27,052 bases of DNA. Origin: a virus (taxonomy: Duplodnaviria; Heunggongvirae; Uroviricota; Caudoviricetes). Within the stretch, counting starts at the first letter, position 1. Each line of letters begins with the position of its first letter. Below are positions 15,782 through 25,395 of this stretch, in pieces. Location of the stretch: positions 1-27,052 of the IMG/VR virus record IMGVR_UViG_2541047934_000004; one strand, written 5' to 3'. The notes under the pieces were generated by a model. It was not told where the DNA came from, did not search any database, and saw nothing but the letters and a program-made list of their open reading frames with translations. The position numbers and the translations under genes are program-made.

Positions 15782-17547
15782 CAAAAAATCTCCACAATAT
15801 TGCTGGTATTGGCGGATTCGCCCTGCAGCGGTTCGTTAAACAGTGCGTGCATCGTTGCCCAGGCCAGATCGGCGTGGCTGGCTTCTTCGCTGCGGCTGGC
15901 TTCATAGGTCGGGCGGTTGCCACTGGCGGTGGTGGCGCGACGGATTGCCATAAAGGACTGCGCTATGTCGGTGTGTCCGGCGTCAAACTCCAGACGGCGG
16001 TGGCTGATAATGTCGTAGGCCTTGAGTACCAGGGCGTTTTTAACGTTGGGGTTGTAGACAAACTCCCGGACGGCAGGAAAAAACGCTTTCACGTTCTCGT
16101 AAACCCCGTGACCAACGCCGGTTGAGTCGATACCGATATAGGTCACGTTGTACTGTTCGGTCAGTTTTTTGATGGCGTCAGCCTGGGCGCGGAAGTCCAT
16201 TCCGCGCCACTGGTGACGCTCAAGAATGCGGAACTTACCGCCCGGCACGGCTGGCGGCGCCACCACCACGCATCCGGCGCTGTCGCCGTTCTGCGTACCT
16301 TTCGCCGGGTCATATCCGATCCACACTTCGCGCCAGCCAAACGGGCGCAGGGCCAGTGCATGAAAGTCGGTCCAGACTTCCCAACTGTCCACCATGCACG
16401 CCTGCAGCTCGCTGAGTGGGAACACAGACGCGAGATCGTCCACGAACTCACACATCAGCAGGTTCTGGTATTCGTCCGGGCTGTACTCCATGCGCAACTG
16501 GTCGAGGTCGAACAGGTTACAGCCGCCGCGCACCGCATCTTCCACAGTGACTATCTGGCGGTACTGCCCGTCTGCGCACAGCAGGCCGGGGGCCAGATTG
16601 CTGTGGGACAGGTCGATGTCCACCTTATCGGCTTTGTTGCGCCCTCGGTTGAACAGCGCACCGGACCAGAACGGATAAGCACTGTGTGTCAGGCTGGATG
16701 GCGTGGAAAAATAGGTTTGTCGCCATTTTTTGTGAATAGCCATACCGGAAGCCACTTTGCGCAGCTCCTGGAATTTCGGTATCCAGAAATATTCATCCAG
16801 ATACAGGTTGCCGTGGTAACTCTGGGCCGTGCGGGCATTGGTGCCGAGGAAGTACAGCGTGGCCCCGTTAGGAAGCACCATCGGATCGCCTTTCAGCTCC
16901 ACCTCCACTTCTTTGGCGAAGTCGATGATGTACTGCTTAAAGACGTGGGCCTGAGCCTTGCTGGCGGAAAGGAAAATCTGGTTACGCCCGGTTAGCAGGG
17001 CGTCAATCAGGGCTTCACGGGCAAAATAGAAGGTCGCGCCGATCTGGCGTGACTTCAGCAGGTTGCGGATGCGGTTGGTTTTTCCGGCTTCCCACCAGTG
17101 GCGCTGGTAGTTGAACATGGAGGAATGGAAGATTTCTTCCAACTTCTCAATCTGTTCATCGGTGAAAACGTTCTTTTCCGGCTGACGGCGCGGGCCTTTG
17201 TTGCGGTTGGCGACGTTAGGGTTTAAGTCGGCTTCGTTGCCGCCATTGTTAAACTTGCCGATCCGCGCATGGCGCTCCGACTGGCGCGCCAGCAGGTCAA
17301 TCTCTTTGAAATCTTTCCCTTCTTTGTGCTCCTTCATAATGAGCTGGCAGTAGCGTGCGGCGGTGGTGAGCTGCATCTGATCCAGCGGCCCATAGTCACC
17401 CCACTTGTCGCGTTTTTTCCAGCTGTGAACGGTTGCAACTTTCTCGCCCAGCATTTCAGCAATGCGGGCTACGCGGTATCCCTGAAAGTACAGCAGCATG
17501 GCCTGCCGACGGGGATCGAGATCTGCGGGTGTCAGTGTGGTGTTCAT
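15781..17547 (-). CDS. P: Terminase large (ATPase) subunit (P2 gpP)
   Basis: 588-aa ORF upstream of Q and divergent from O; size and position match P2 P. Confidence 0.9.
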   Translation of the reverse strand: MNTTLTPADLDPRRQAMLLYFQGYRVARIAEMLGEKVATVHSWKKRDKWGDYGPLDQMQLTTAARYCQLIMKEHKEGKDFKEIDLLARQSERHARIGKFNNGGNEADLNPNVANRNKGPRRQPEKNVFTDEQIEKLEEIFHSSMFNYQRHWWEAGKTNRIRNLLKSRQIGATFYFAREALIDALLTGRNQIFLSASKAQAHVFKQYIIDFAKEVEVELKGDPMVLPNGATLYFLGTNARTAQSYHGNLYLDEYFWIPKFQELRKVASGMAIHKKWRQTYFSTPSSLTHSAYPFWSGALFNRGRNKADKVDIDLSHSNLAPGLLCADGQYRQIVTVEDAVRGGCNLFDLDQLRMEYSPDEYQNLLMCEFVDDLASVFPLSELQACMVDSWEVWTDFHALALRPFGWREVWIGYDPAKGTQNGDSAGCVVVAPPAVPGGKFRILERHQWRGMDFRAQADAIKKLTEQYNVTYIGIDSTGVGHGVYENVKAFFPAVREFVYNPNVKNALVLKAYDIISHRRLEFDAGHTDIAQSFMAIRRATTASGNRPTYEASRSEEASHADLAWATMHALFNEPLQGESANTSNIVEIF

Positions 17548-17593
17548 GGCACAAACCTACAGCCTTGAATGAAGGCTTTCCCCGCCTGCGGTT

Positions 17594-17611
17594 TGTGTGG
17601 TTGTCGGTACA
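17594..17611. promoter_or_regulatory. TGT-N12-ACA dyad in the divergent P/O late promoter region (Ogr/Delta activator site)
   Basis: tgt gtggttgtcggt aca in the 142-nt P-O intergenic region; this is the dyad reported upstream of P2 late promoters. Confidence 0.5.
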
Positions 17612-17689
17612 AATACCGCGCATTGTTTCACTGCCCCCATCACCGCAACCATAAGGCTCCAGTAAGTTTTTTCTAACGGAGCACGGCTC

Positions 17690-18523
17690 ATGACAGTGAA
17701 AGCAAAGCGTTTTCGCATCGGGGTGGAAGGTGCCACCACCGACGGACGCGAAATCCAGCGTGAATGGCTGGAACAGATGGCAGCCAGCTACAACCCGGCG
17801 GTGTATACCGCGCTGATTAACCTTGAGCACATCAAGTCTTATCTGCCGGACAGCACCTTTAACCGCTACGGCAAGGTGACGGCGCTGTTTGCTGAAGAAA
17901 TCACGGAAGGTCCGCTGGCAGGCAAGATGGCGCTGTATGCCGACGTTGAGCCAACGGAGTCCCTGGTGGAACTGGTGAAAAAAGGCCAGAAATTATTCAC
18001 CTCTATGGAAGTCAGCCCGAAGTTCGCTGATACGGGCAAAGCCTATCTGGTCGGCCTGGCTGCCACTGATGACCCTGCCAGTCTGGGTACGGAAATGCTG
18101 ACATTCAGCGCCAGTGCAGCCCATAACCCGCTGGCAAACCGCAAGCAGAATCCTGCCAATCTCTTTACCGCTGCAGAGGAAACGGTGATCGAACTGGAAG
18201 AAATCCAGGACGACAAACCGTCCCTGTTTGCCCGCGTCACGGCGCTGTTTACCAAAAAAGAGCAGTCCGATGACGCCCGGTTCTCTGATGTGCATAAGGC
18301 CGTGGAGCTGGTCGCCACTGAGCAGCAGAACCTGAGCGCACGCACCGAAAAATCCCTGTCTGAGCAGGAAGAACGCCTGTCTGAGCTGGAGACTGCCCTG
18401 CAGGCACAGCAAACCGCCTTTAACGAACTGGTGGACAAGCTGAGTCATGAAGACAGTCGCCAGGACTACCGCCAGCGTGCAACAGGCGGTAACGCCCCCG
18501 CTGACACTCTGACCAATTGCTGA
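17690..18523 (+). CDS. O: Capsid scaffolding protein (P2 gpO)
   Basis: 277-aa ORF, ggag RBS; acidic coiled-coil-like C-terminal half; position between P and N. Confidence 0.85.
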   Translation: MTVKAKRFRIGVEGATTDGREIQREWLEQMAASYNPAVYTALINLEHIKSYLPDSTFNRYGKVTALFAEEITEGPLAGKMALYADVEPTESLVELVKKGQKLFTSMEVSPKFADTGKAYLVGLAATDDPASLGTEMLTFSASAAHNPLANRKQNPANLFTAAEETVIELEEIQDDKPSLFARVTALFTKKEQSDDARFSDVHKAVELVATEQQNLSARTEKSLSEQEERLSELETALQAQQTAFNELVDKLSHEDSRQDYRQRATGGNAPADTLTNC

Positions 18524-18539
18524 TGGAGCACAAAACCCG

Positions 18540-19598
18540 ATGAAGAAGAATACCCGCTTTGCTTTTAACGCTTACCTGCAGCAGCTGGCGCGTCTGAACG
18601 GTGTGGCAGTTGAAGAACTGTCCAGCAAGTTCACCGTGGAGCCGTCTGTGCAGCAGACGCTGGAAGACCAGATCCAGCAGTCCGCCGCTTTCCTGACGCT
18701 GATTAACGTCACGCCAGTGACTGAGCAGTCCGGTCAGCTGCTGGGGCTGGGAGTTGGCAGCACCATTGCCGGAACCACTGACACCACCGCGAAAGAGCGT
18801 GAACCTGTCGATCCGACGCTGATGGTCGATGTGGAATATAAATGCGAGCAGACCAACTTTGACACGGTGCTGACCTACGCGAAGCTGGACCTGTGGGCGA
18901 AGTTTCAGGATTTCCAGGTGCGCATCCGTGACGCCATCGTGAAACGTCAGGCTCTGGACCGCATCATGATCGGCTTTAACGGCGTGAAGCGTGCGAAAAC
19001 CTCCAACCGTAGCGAAAACCCGCTGCTGCAGGATGTGAACAAAGGCTGGCTGCAGAAAATCCGTGAAGATGCACCGGATCACGTCATGGGCAGCACCACC
19101 ACGGGCGGTGAAACCACACCGGGTGCGGTGAAAGTCGGGAAAGGTGGCGAATATGCCAACCTGGACGCCGTGGTGATGGATGCCGTCAATGAGCTTATCG
19201 ATGTGGTCTACCAGGACGATGACGATCTGGTGGTGATTTGCGGTCGTGAACTGCTGTCTGACAAGTATTTCCCGCTGGTCAACAAAGAGCAGGAAAACAG
19301 TGAAAAACTGGCTGCCGATATGATCATCAGTCAGAAACGCATGGGTGGCCTGCAGGCCGTGCGTGCGCCGTTCTTCCCGCCGAATGCACTGCTGATCACC
19401 CGTCTGGATAACCTGTCCATCTACTGGCAGGAAGACACCCGCCGCCGCTCAGTTATCGACAACCCGAAACGTGACCGGATTGAAAACTTTGAATCCGTTA
19501 ACGAAGCCTATGTGGTTGAGGACTACCGCTGCGCCGCACTGGTGGAAAACATCCAGATTGGCGACTTCAGCGCCGCAGCAGCAGAAACCGGAGCGTAA
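18540..19598 (+). CDS. N: Major capsid protein (P2 gpN)
   Basis: 352 aa; translation aligns along its length with P2 gpN as I recall it (..RFKFNAYL..., ..KFTVEPSV.., ..RIRNAI/DAIVKRQ.., GFNGVKRA, VIISQKR, ..VGDFS..). Confidence 0.9.
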   Translation: MKKNTRFAFNAYLQQLARLNGVAVEELSSKFTVEPSVQQTLEDQIQQSAAFLTLINVTPVTEQSGQLLGLGVGSTIAGTTDTTAKEREPVDPTLMVDVEYKCEQTNFDTVLTYAKLDLWAKFQDFQVRIRDAIVKRQALDRIMIGFNGVKRAKTSNRSENPLLQDVNKGWLQKIREDAPDHVMGSTTTGGETTPGAVKVGKGGEYANLDAVVMDAVNELIDVVYQDDDDLVVICGRELLSDKYFPLVNKEQENSEKLAADMIISQKRMGGLQAVRAPFFPPNALLITRLDNLSIYWQEDTRRRSVIDNPKRDRIENFESVNEAYVVEDYRCAALVENIQIGDFSAAAAETGA

Positions 19599-19601
19599 TT
19601 C

Positions 19602-20252
19602 ATGAGCCTGAGTCCCGCACGGCAGCATCGCCTGCGCGTTCAGGCTGAACAGGCCGCCCGCGAGGGCGGCAGCGTTCGCCACGCGTCGGGCTATGACCTG
19701 ATGCTGCTGCAACTGGCGGAAGACCGCCGCCGTCTCAAGGGCGTTCAGTCCACGGTCAAAAAAGCGGAAATCAAGGTGGAGCTGCTGCCGAAGTACGCCG
19801 CCTGGGCGGAGGGTGTCCTGGCTGCCGGAGGCGCTCAACAGGATGACGTGCTGATGTACGTGATGCTGTGGCGCATTGATGCCGGAGATTATGCCGGGGC
19901 GCTGGAGATCGGGCGTCACGCCCTGCGTCATGGCTGGGTGATGCCGTTAGGTAACCGCAACGTGCAGACCGTGCTGGCAGAGGAAATGGCAGATGCAGCC
20001 CAGAGCGCAATGCTTGCCGCCACCGGCTTTGATGCCGATCTGTTGCTGCAGACCCTGGAGCTGACAGACGGTATGGATATGCCGGACCAGTCACGGGCGC
20101 GTCTGCATAAAGCGATTGGCGCTGTCCTGAGTGAAAGAAATCCGGCGTCTGCCCTTAATCATCTCAACCATGCGTTACAGCTCGATCCCCGCTGTGGCGT
20201 GAAAAAAGACAAACAGCAGCTGGAGCGCAGACTGCGCAATGACAGCCGCTGA
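19602..20252 (+). CDS. M: Terminase small/endonuclease subunit (P2 gpM)
   Basis: 216-aa ORF immediately after N; position as P2 M. Confidence 0.8.
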   Translation: MSLSPARQHRLRVQAEQAAREGGSVRHASGYDLMLLQLAEDRRRLKGVQSTVKKAEIKVELLPKYAAWAEGVLAAGGAQQDDVLMYVMLWRIDAGDYAGALEIGRHALRHGWVMPLGNRNVQTVLAEEMADAAQSAMLAATGFDADLLLQTLELTDGMDMPDQSRARLHKAIGAVLSERNPASALNHLNHALQLDPRCGVKKDKQQLERRLRNDSR

Positions 20253-20347
20253 CAGAACGTGCCCCCGCGCACGGGCGGCACGGGGTGGCGAAAGGCACTG
20301 CCACATCAAAACCCCGTCCACCGCCCTCTATTTCAGGAGAAAGCAGC

Positions 20348-20812
20348 ATGAAGTTTGTTGCGCCAGAACAGGCACCGGAACAGGCGGAAATCATCAGGAA
20401 TACGCCGTTCTGGCCTGATGTGGACCTGTCGGAGTTTCGCAGTGTGATGCGCACTGACGGCACGGTGACGCAGCCGCGTTTAAAACAGGTTGCCCTGTCG
20501 GCAATTTCGGAGGTCAACGCAGAGCTGTATGAGTTTCGCAGACGCCAGCAGATGCTGGGGTATGCCTCGCTGGCAGAAGTCCCGGCGGAACAACTGGACG
20601 GCAAAAGCGAGCGCATTCAGCACTATTTCAACGCGGTTTACTGCTGGGCACGCGCCATGCTCAACGAACGTTACCAGGACTATGACGCCACGGCATCCGG
20701 TGCGAAGCGAGGCGAGGAACTGGCGGAAGCAAGCGGTGATTTATGGCGTGACGCCCGCTGGGCCATCAGCCGGGTGCAGGATGCGCCGCACTGCACAGTG
20801 GAGCTTATCTGA
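20348..20812 (+). CDS. L: Head completion/stabilisation protein (P2 gpL)
   Basis: ATG 20348 with aggag RBS (the listed ORF starts at an upstream in-frame GTG); about 154 aa; position after M. Confidence 0.8.
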   Translation: MKFVAPEQAPEQAEIIRNTPFWPDVDLSEFRSVMRTDGTVTQPRLKQVALSAISEVNAELYEFRRRQQMLGYASLAEVPAEQLDGKSERIQHYFNAVYCWARAMLNERYQDYDATASGAKRGEELAEASGDLWRDARWAISRVQDAPHCTVELI

Positions 20813-21015
20813 TGAAAGTGCGTGCGCATCAGTATGACACGGTGGACGCACTTTGCTGGCGTCATTACGGGCGCACGCAGGGTGTCACGGAGCAGGTACT
20901 GAAGGCAAATCCGGGGCTTGCCGAATACGGCCCCTTTTTACCTCACGGGCTGCAGGTGGAGCTGCCGGACATTCCGACAACCACCACCGTGCAGACCGTC
21001 CAGCTATGGGACTGA
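20812..21015 (+). CDS. X: Tail protein X (P2 gpX)
   Basis: 67-aa ORF, start overlaps L stop; size and position as P2 X. Confidence 0.75.
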   Translation: MKVRAHQYDTVDALCWRHYGRTQGVTEQVLKANPGLAEYGPFLPHGLQVELPDIPTTTTVQTVQLWD

Positions 21016-21018
21016 ATT

Positions 21019-21234
21019 ATGACGCTTGAGCGAATCAGCGCCTTTATCACGTATTGCATCGCCGTCGTGCTGGCCTGGCTGGGCGATTTGTCCATCAAGG
21101 ATGCCTCAACGCTGGGCGGCCTGATGATCGGTGTGCTGATGCTGGCTATCAACTGGTACTACAAACACAAAGCCTACCAGCTTCTGCGCGACGGGCAGAT
21201 CTCGCGGGAGGACTATGAATCCATCAATCGTTAA
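21019..21234 (+). CDS. Holin (small two-TM membrane protein)
   Basis: 71 aa with two hydrophobic helices (ISAFITYCIAVVLAWLG, LGGLMIGVLMLAINWYY) and a charged C-terminus, immediately upstream of and overlapping the endolysin gene. Confidence 0.6.
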   Translation: MTLERISAFITYCIAVVLAWLGDLSIKDASTLGGLMIGVLMLAINWYYKHKAYQLLRDGQISREDYESINR

Positions 21235-21727
21235 ACGCTGCCTTGTCGGGGCCGTGCTGGCTATTGCTGCCACGCTGCCGGGGTTTCAGCAGCTTCACAC
21301 CTCCGAGGAGGGACTGAAACTGATCGCCGATTATGAAGGCTGTCGTCTGCAGCCGTATCAGTGCAGCGCGGGTGTCTGGACCGACGGCATTGGTAATACG
21401 TCGGGCGTCATTCCCGGCAAAATTATTACGGAACGACAGGCAGCTGAAGGGCTGATCTCCAACGTGCTACGAGTGGAGCGGGCGCTGGAAAGGTGTGTGA
21501 AGCAACAGCCGCCGCAGAAGGTGTATGACGCTACGGTGTCGTTTGCCTTCAACGTGGGGACGGGCAATGCCTGTAGTTCCACGCTGGTGAAATTGCTCAA
21601 TCAGCGGCGCTGGGCGGATGCATGCCGACAGTTGCCGCGCTGGGTTTATGTGAAAGGTGTTTTTAATCAGGGGCTGGATAACCGCCGTGCGCGGGAGATG
21701 GCCTGGTGTTTACAGGGAGCAAACTGA
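21215..21727 (+). CDS. Endolysin, lysozyme-like with N-terminal signal-anchor-release (SAR) segment
   Basis: N-terminal hydrophobic RCLVGAVLAIAATLPG, then EGLKLIADYEG...GVWTDGIGNT resembling the lysozyme E...D...T catalytic region; gggagg RBS. Confidence 0.75.
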   Translation: MNPSIVKRCLVGAVLAIAATLPGFQQLHTSEEGLKLIADYEGCRLQPYQCSAGVWTDGIGNTSGVIPGKIITERQAAEGLISNVLRVERALERCVKQQPPQKVYDATVSFAFNVGTGNACSSTLVKLLNQRRWADACRQLPRWVYVKGVFNQGLDNRRAREMAWCLQGAN

Positions 21728-21728
21728 A

Positions 21729-22106
21729 ATGAAAAAGAAATTAATCAGCGGACTGTTTCTGATGTTATGGATGGCGCTGTTAATCGCAGCAATGGTGTAT
21801 CCGCAGGGGATTTTTCCGGTACTGGCAGCGTCCGGCGTTTGGGTAGCCTGTTTGCTGACATGGGCGGTAATTCCGGTAGCACTGGCTGCGTTAATTAAGA
21901 ATGGCCCGCTCTGGCAGGAGTTAAGGGCATCTTTGCTGAAGACAATTACCCGAAAAGAAAACGTATTTACCAGTTGGGTGATGCGATTGCTGATTGTTGT
22001 AAGTCTCGCCTGGACGGGGTGGGCTATTACCCTGGTCTTTTATCTACTGACCGTTATTGCCTTCTGGATCACCCGTAATCAGATGGCGCAACAGGTAGCA
22101 GCATGA
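21729..22106 (+). CDS. lysA: LysA-like membrane protein
   Basis: 125 aa, several TM segments, gggag RBS, position after endolysin as P2 lysA. Confidence 0.6.
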   Translation: MKKKLISGLFLMLWMALLIAAMVYPQGIFPVLAASGVWVACLLTWAVIPVALAALIKNGPLWQELRASLLKTITRKENVFTSWVMRLLIVVSLAWTGWAITLVFYLLTVIAFWITRNQMAQQVAA

Positions 22107-22531
22107 ACCGGTTGCTGCTGGTTGTGCTGACGTTATTACTGGCGGCGCTGGGCTGGCAGACGTGGCGGCTGGCTGATGCCAGCCAGACCATCAGCACGCA
22201 GGCAGACGAGCTGCAGAGCAAAAGCCAGGCACTGGCAAAGAGCAATAGCCAGCTTATCAGCCTGTCCATTCTGACTGAAACCAATAACCGGGAGCAGGCG
22301 CGGCTCTATGCCGAAGCAGAACAGACCAGCACGCTGCTGAGACAACGACAACACCGGATCGAGGAACTGAAACGTGAGAACGAGGATTTACGCCGCTGGG
22401 CTGATACTCCTTTGCCTGCTGACATTATCCGGCTGCGGAAACGTCCGGCACTCACCGGAGGTATGGCTTACCGTCAGTGGTTGTCCGCGAGTGACGCCGT
22501 GTCGGCTGGATCAGGCAACGCCGCGCACTAA
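22103..22531 (+). CDS. lysB: LysB, Rz-like inner-membrane spanin
   Basis: 142 aa, N-terminal TM (LLLVVLTLLLAALGW) then coiled-coil-like periplasmic domain; ATGA overlap with lysA. Confidence 0.7.
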   Translation: MNRLLLVVLTLLLAALGWQTWRLADASQTISTQADELQSKSQALAKSNSQLISLSILTETNNREQARLYAEAEQTSTLLRQRQHRIEELKRENEDLRRWADTPLPADIIRLRKRPALTGGMAYRQWLSASDAVSAGSGNAAH

Positions 22532-22664
22532 CGGTGATCTGAACGCGTTGCTGGATGAAACGGAGGCCGCCTGGGCGGTCTGTGCAGACAAAGTGGACAT
22601 GATTATTGCGTGTCAGGAGCGAAACAGTGAACAAACCACAATCCCTGCGCCACGCCCTCAATAA
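22374..22664 (+). CDS. lysC: LysC, Rz1-like outer-membrane lipoprotein spanin (embedded in lysB in another frame and extending past it)
   Basis: GTG start with gagga RBS; signal peptide ending in lipobox LSGC; Pro-rich mature part. Confidence 0.65.
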   Translation: MRTRIYAAGLILLCLLTLSGCGNVRHSPEVWLTVSGCPRVTPCRLDQATPRTNGDLNALLDETEAAWAVCADKVDMIIACQERNSEQTTIPAPRPQ

Positions 22665-23058
22665 AGCGGTGCCTTATGTCCGCAATAACCCGGACAAACT
22701 GCATCTGTTTGTGGATAACGGTTCGCTGGTTGCCACGGGGGCCAGCTCCATGTCGTGGGAGTACCGTTACACACTGAACGCGGTGATTGAGGATTTCAGC
22801 GGCGACCAGAATCTGCTGATGGCCCCGGTTTTGCTGTGGCTGAGGGATAACCAGCCCGATGCCATCAATAACCCGGCGTTACGGGAAAAGCTATTCACCT
22901 TTGAGGTGGATATTCTGCGCAACGATGTCTGTGATATCAGCCTGAACCTGCAACTGACGGAACGTGTGCTGGTCAGCACTGACGGCAGTGTGTCGAGCGT
23001 TGAAGCTATAGCGGAACCTGATGCACCTGAAGAAATGTGGACGGTGAAACGTGGCTGA
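22627..23058 (+). CDS. R: Tail completion protein (P2 gpR)
   Basis: GTG 22627 with aggag RBS 7 nt upstream (the listed ORF starts at an upstream TTG); position as P2 R. Confidence 0.8.
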   Translation: MNKPQSLRHALNKAVPYVRNNPDKLHLFVDNGSLVATGASSMSWEYRYTLNAVIEDFSGDQNLLMAPVLLWLRDNQPDAINNPALREKLFTFEVDILRNDVCDISLNLQLTERVLVSTDGSVSSVEAIAEPDAPEEMWTVKRG

Positions 23059-23497
23059 ACTGCAGAAGGTGGACGACTGGCTGAGTGCCTTGCTGGCGAA
23101 TCTGGAACCAGCCTCGAGAAGCTGCATGATGCGCCAGCTGGCGCAGGAACTTCGCCGGACACAGCAGCAGAATATCAGGATGCAGCGCAACCCTGACGGC
23201 AGCAGCTATGAACCGCGACGGGTAACAGCACGCAGTAAAAAAGGCCGTATCAAACGTCAGATGTTTGCAAAGCTGCGCACCACAAAATACCTGAAAACTG
23301 CCGCCAGCACCGACTCTGCCAGCGTGCAGTTTGAAGGCAAGGTGCAGCGCATTGCCCGCGTTCACCATTACGGCCTGCGAGATCGCGTCAGTCGTAAGGG
23401 ACCGGAGGTGCGTTACGCAGAGCGTCGCCTTCTGGGTGTAAATGATGATGTTGAGGCAATGACCCGCGACATGATTCTGCAATGGCTGGCGGGGTGA
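23051..23497 (+). CDS. S: Tail completion protein (P2 gpS)
   Basis: 148 aa, GTG start overlapping R stop; position as P2 S. Confidence 0.8.
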   Translation: MAELQKVDDWLSALLANLEPASRSCMMRQLAQELRRTQQQNIRMQRNPDGSSYEPRRVTARSKKGRIKRQMFAKLRTTKYLKTAASTDSASVQFEGKVQRIARVHHYGLRDRVSRKGPEVRYAERRLLGVNDDVEAMTRDMILQWLAG

Positions 23498-23501
23498 TCT
23501 T

Positions 23502-23519
23502 TGTATCAGCACTGATACA
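23502..23519. promoter_or_regulatory. TGT-N12-ACA dyad upstream of V (late promoter activator site)
   Basis: tgt atcagcactgat aca, nearly a perfect palindrome, in the S-V intergenic region. Confidence 0.5.
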
Positions 23520-23565
23520 AGTTGCAGCACTGCCGCCTTTCTTCCCCTGATGGCAACCTTTCCCT

Positions 23566-24144
23566 ATGAACGCACAATTAACCGAAATCATGCGCCTTAT
23601 CACCAACCTGATCCGCACAGGGGTAGTCACCGAAGTGGACAGGGAAAACTGGCTTTGCCGGGTGAAAACGGGCGAGCTTGAAACCAACTGGATCAGCTGG
23701 CTGACGCTGCGTGCCGGGAATGCCCGTACATGGTGGCGACCATCGGAAGGTGAGCAGGTGGTGCTGCTGAGTCTGGGCGGCAATCTGGAAACCGCCTTTG
23801 CGCTGCCCGCTGTCTATTCGAATCAGTTCGCACCACCGTCGACGTCGGCGGACGCCTGCGTGACAGAACATCCTGACGGTGGCTGGTTTGAATACGAACC
23901 CGCCACCGGGCGCTGGTATGTCAGGGGCATCAAATCAATGGTCATTGAGGCTGCTGACAACATCACCATGAAAACCAGTGAGTTTGTACTGGAGGCTGAC
24001 CGCACGCGCATTAACAGCGAAGTGGTGATCAATGGTGGCGTTACCCAGGGCGGCGGAGCGATGAGTTCTAACGGGATCGTGGTTGATGCGCATCAGCATA
24101 CTGGCGTCCTGAAAGGCGGCGATACAACCGGAGGCCCGGTATGA
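23566..24144 (+). CDS. V: Baseplate spike protein (P2 gpV)
   Basis: 192-aa ORF after S; size and position as P2 V. Confidence 0.85.
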   Translation: MNAQLTEIMRLITNLIRTGVVTEVDRENWLCRVKTGELETNWISWLTLRAGNARTWWRPSEGEQVVLLSLGGNLETAFALPAVYSNQFAPPSTSADACVTEHPDGGWFEYEPATGRWYVRGIKSMVIEAADNITMKTSEFVLEADRTRINSEVVINGGVTQGGGAMSSNGIVVDAHQHTGVLKGGDTTGGPV

Positions 24145-24500
24145 CGCTTTATAGCGGGATGAACAATACCAGCGGCAAAGTCATTACTGATATTGATCAT
24201 CTGCGCCAGTCGGTGCGGGACATTCTGCTGACACCGCAGGGTAGCCGTATTGCCCGCCGGGAATATGGTTCCCTGCTGTCGGCACTGATAGATCAGCCAC
24301 AAAATCCGGCATTACGCCTGCAGGTCATGTCGGCAGTGTATGTGGCGCTGAGTCGCTGGGAGCCACGGTTGACGCTGGATTCCATCACCATCAACAGCAA
24401 TTTTGACGGTTCAATGGTGGTGGAGCTGACCGGGCGGCGGAATAACGGTGTGCCTGTGTCCCTTTCCGTATCAACAGGAGCAGAGAATGGCAGTGATTGA
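24141..24500 (+). CDS. W: Baseplate wedge protein (P2 gpW)
   Basis: 119 aa, ATGA overlap with V, ggagg RBS. Confidence 0.85.
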   Translation: MTLYSGMNNTSGKVITDIDHLRQSVRDILLTPQGSRIARREYGSLLSALIDQPQNPALRLQVMSAVYVALSRWEPRLTLDSITINSNFDGSMVVELTGRRNNGVPVSLSVSTGAENGSD

Positions 24501-25395
24501 CCTTTCGCAGTTGCCTGCACCGCAGATTGTGGATGTGCCGGACTTTGAGACGCTGCTTGCCGAACGCAAGGCAGAATTTGTGGCGCTTCATCCGAAAGAT
24601 GAGCAGGAAGCAGTGATCCGCACGCTGGAACTGGAATCTGAACCCGCCACTAAATTGTTGCAGGAGAACGCTTACCGTGAGTTGCTTCTGCGCCAGCGCA
24701 TTAACGAAGCCGCGCAGGCGGTGATGGTGGCTTACGCGATGGGCGGCGATCTTGACCAGCTCGCTGCCAACTACAACGTGACACGCCTGACGGTGACGCC
24801 TGCTGATAATGATGCTGTGCCGCCCGTTGCAGCTGTGATGGAAAGCGATGAAGCGTTGCGCCTGCGTGTGCCTGCAGCCTTTGAAGGGCTTTCTGTTGCG
24901 GGGCCAACTGCAGCTTATGAATTTCATGCCCGAAGCGCCGACGGTCGGGTGGCGGATGCCAGTGCAACCAGCCCGGCACCTGCAGAGGTGGTGCTGACTG
25001 TCCTTAGCCGCGAAGGCGATGGAACTGCAGAAAAAGACCTGCTGGACGTGGTGGAAAAAGCTCTGAACAGTGAGAACGTCCGCCCGGTGGCTGACCGTCT
25101 TACGGTTCGCAGCGCAGAAATCATCCCGTATCGCGTGGATGCCACCATTTTTCTCTATCCTGGACCGGAAGCAGAGCCGGTAATGGCAGCGGCAAAAGCC
25201 AGCCTGCAGAAGTACATCGCCAGTCAGACGCGTCTTGGTCGGGATATTCGCCGTAGCGCCATCTTTGCCGCCCTGCATGTTGAGGGGGTGCAGCGTGTGG
25301 AGCTGGCTTCTCCTCTGGCGGATGTGGTCCTGAACAAAACACAGGCGGCATCATGTACGCAGTGGAGCGTAACCAACGGAGGAACGGATGAATAG
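24487..25395 (+). CDS. J: Baseplate assembly protein (P2 gpJ)
   Basis: ATG 24487 with aggag RBS (the listed ORF starts upstream in frame); about 302 aa. Confidence 0.85.
   Translation: MAVIDLSQLPAPQIVDVPDFETLLAERKAEFVALHPKDEQEAVIRTLELESEPATKLLQENAYRELLLRQRINEAAQAVMVAYAMGGDLDQLAANYNVTRLTVTPADNDAVPPVAAVMESDEALRLRVPAAFEGLSVAGPTAAYEFHARSADGRVADASATSPAPAEVVLTVLSREGDGTAEKDLLDVVEKALNSENVRPVADRLTVRSAEIIPYRVDATIFLYPGPEAEPVMAAAKASLQKYIASQTRLGRDIRRSAIFAALHVEGVQRVELASPLADVVLNKTQAASCTQWSVTNGGTDE

Noticed and set aside
16213-16995. 260-aa plus-strand ORF (and neighbours 15847-16125, 16161-16451, 16394-16678)
   Set aside because: Lie entirely inside the terminase P gene; long antisense ORFs are expected in this G+C-rich region and they lack convincing start contexts.
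17993-19082. Minus-strand ORFs 17993-18448, 18043-18438, 18420-19082
   Set aside because: Antisense to scaffold O and capsid N genes, whose plus-strand frames fit the P2 gene order.
19449-20616. Minus-strand ORFs 19449-19931, 19771-20094, 20164-20616
   Set aside because: Antisense to N/M/L structural genes; Arg/Pro/Ala-rich translations typical of G+C-rich non-coding frames.
24391-25278. 295-aa minus-strand ORF (and 24701-24979, 24924-25148, 25121-25354, 25224-25499)
   Set aside because: Antisense to baseplate genes J/I; Cys/His/Arg-rich low-complexity translations typical of non-coding frames.
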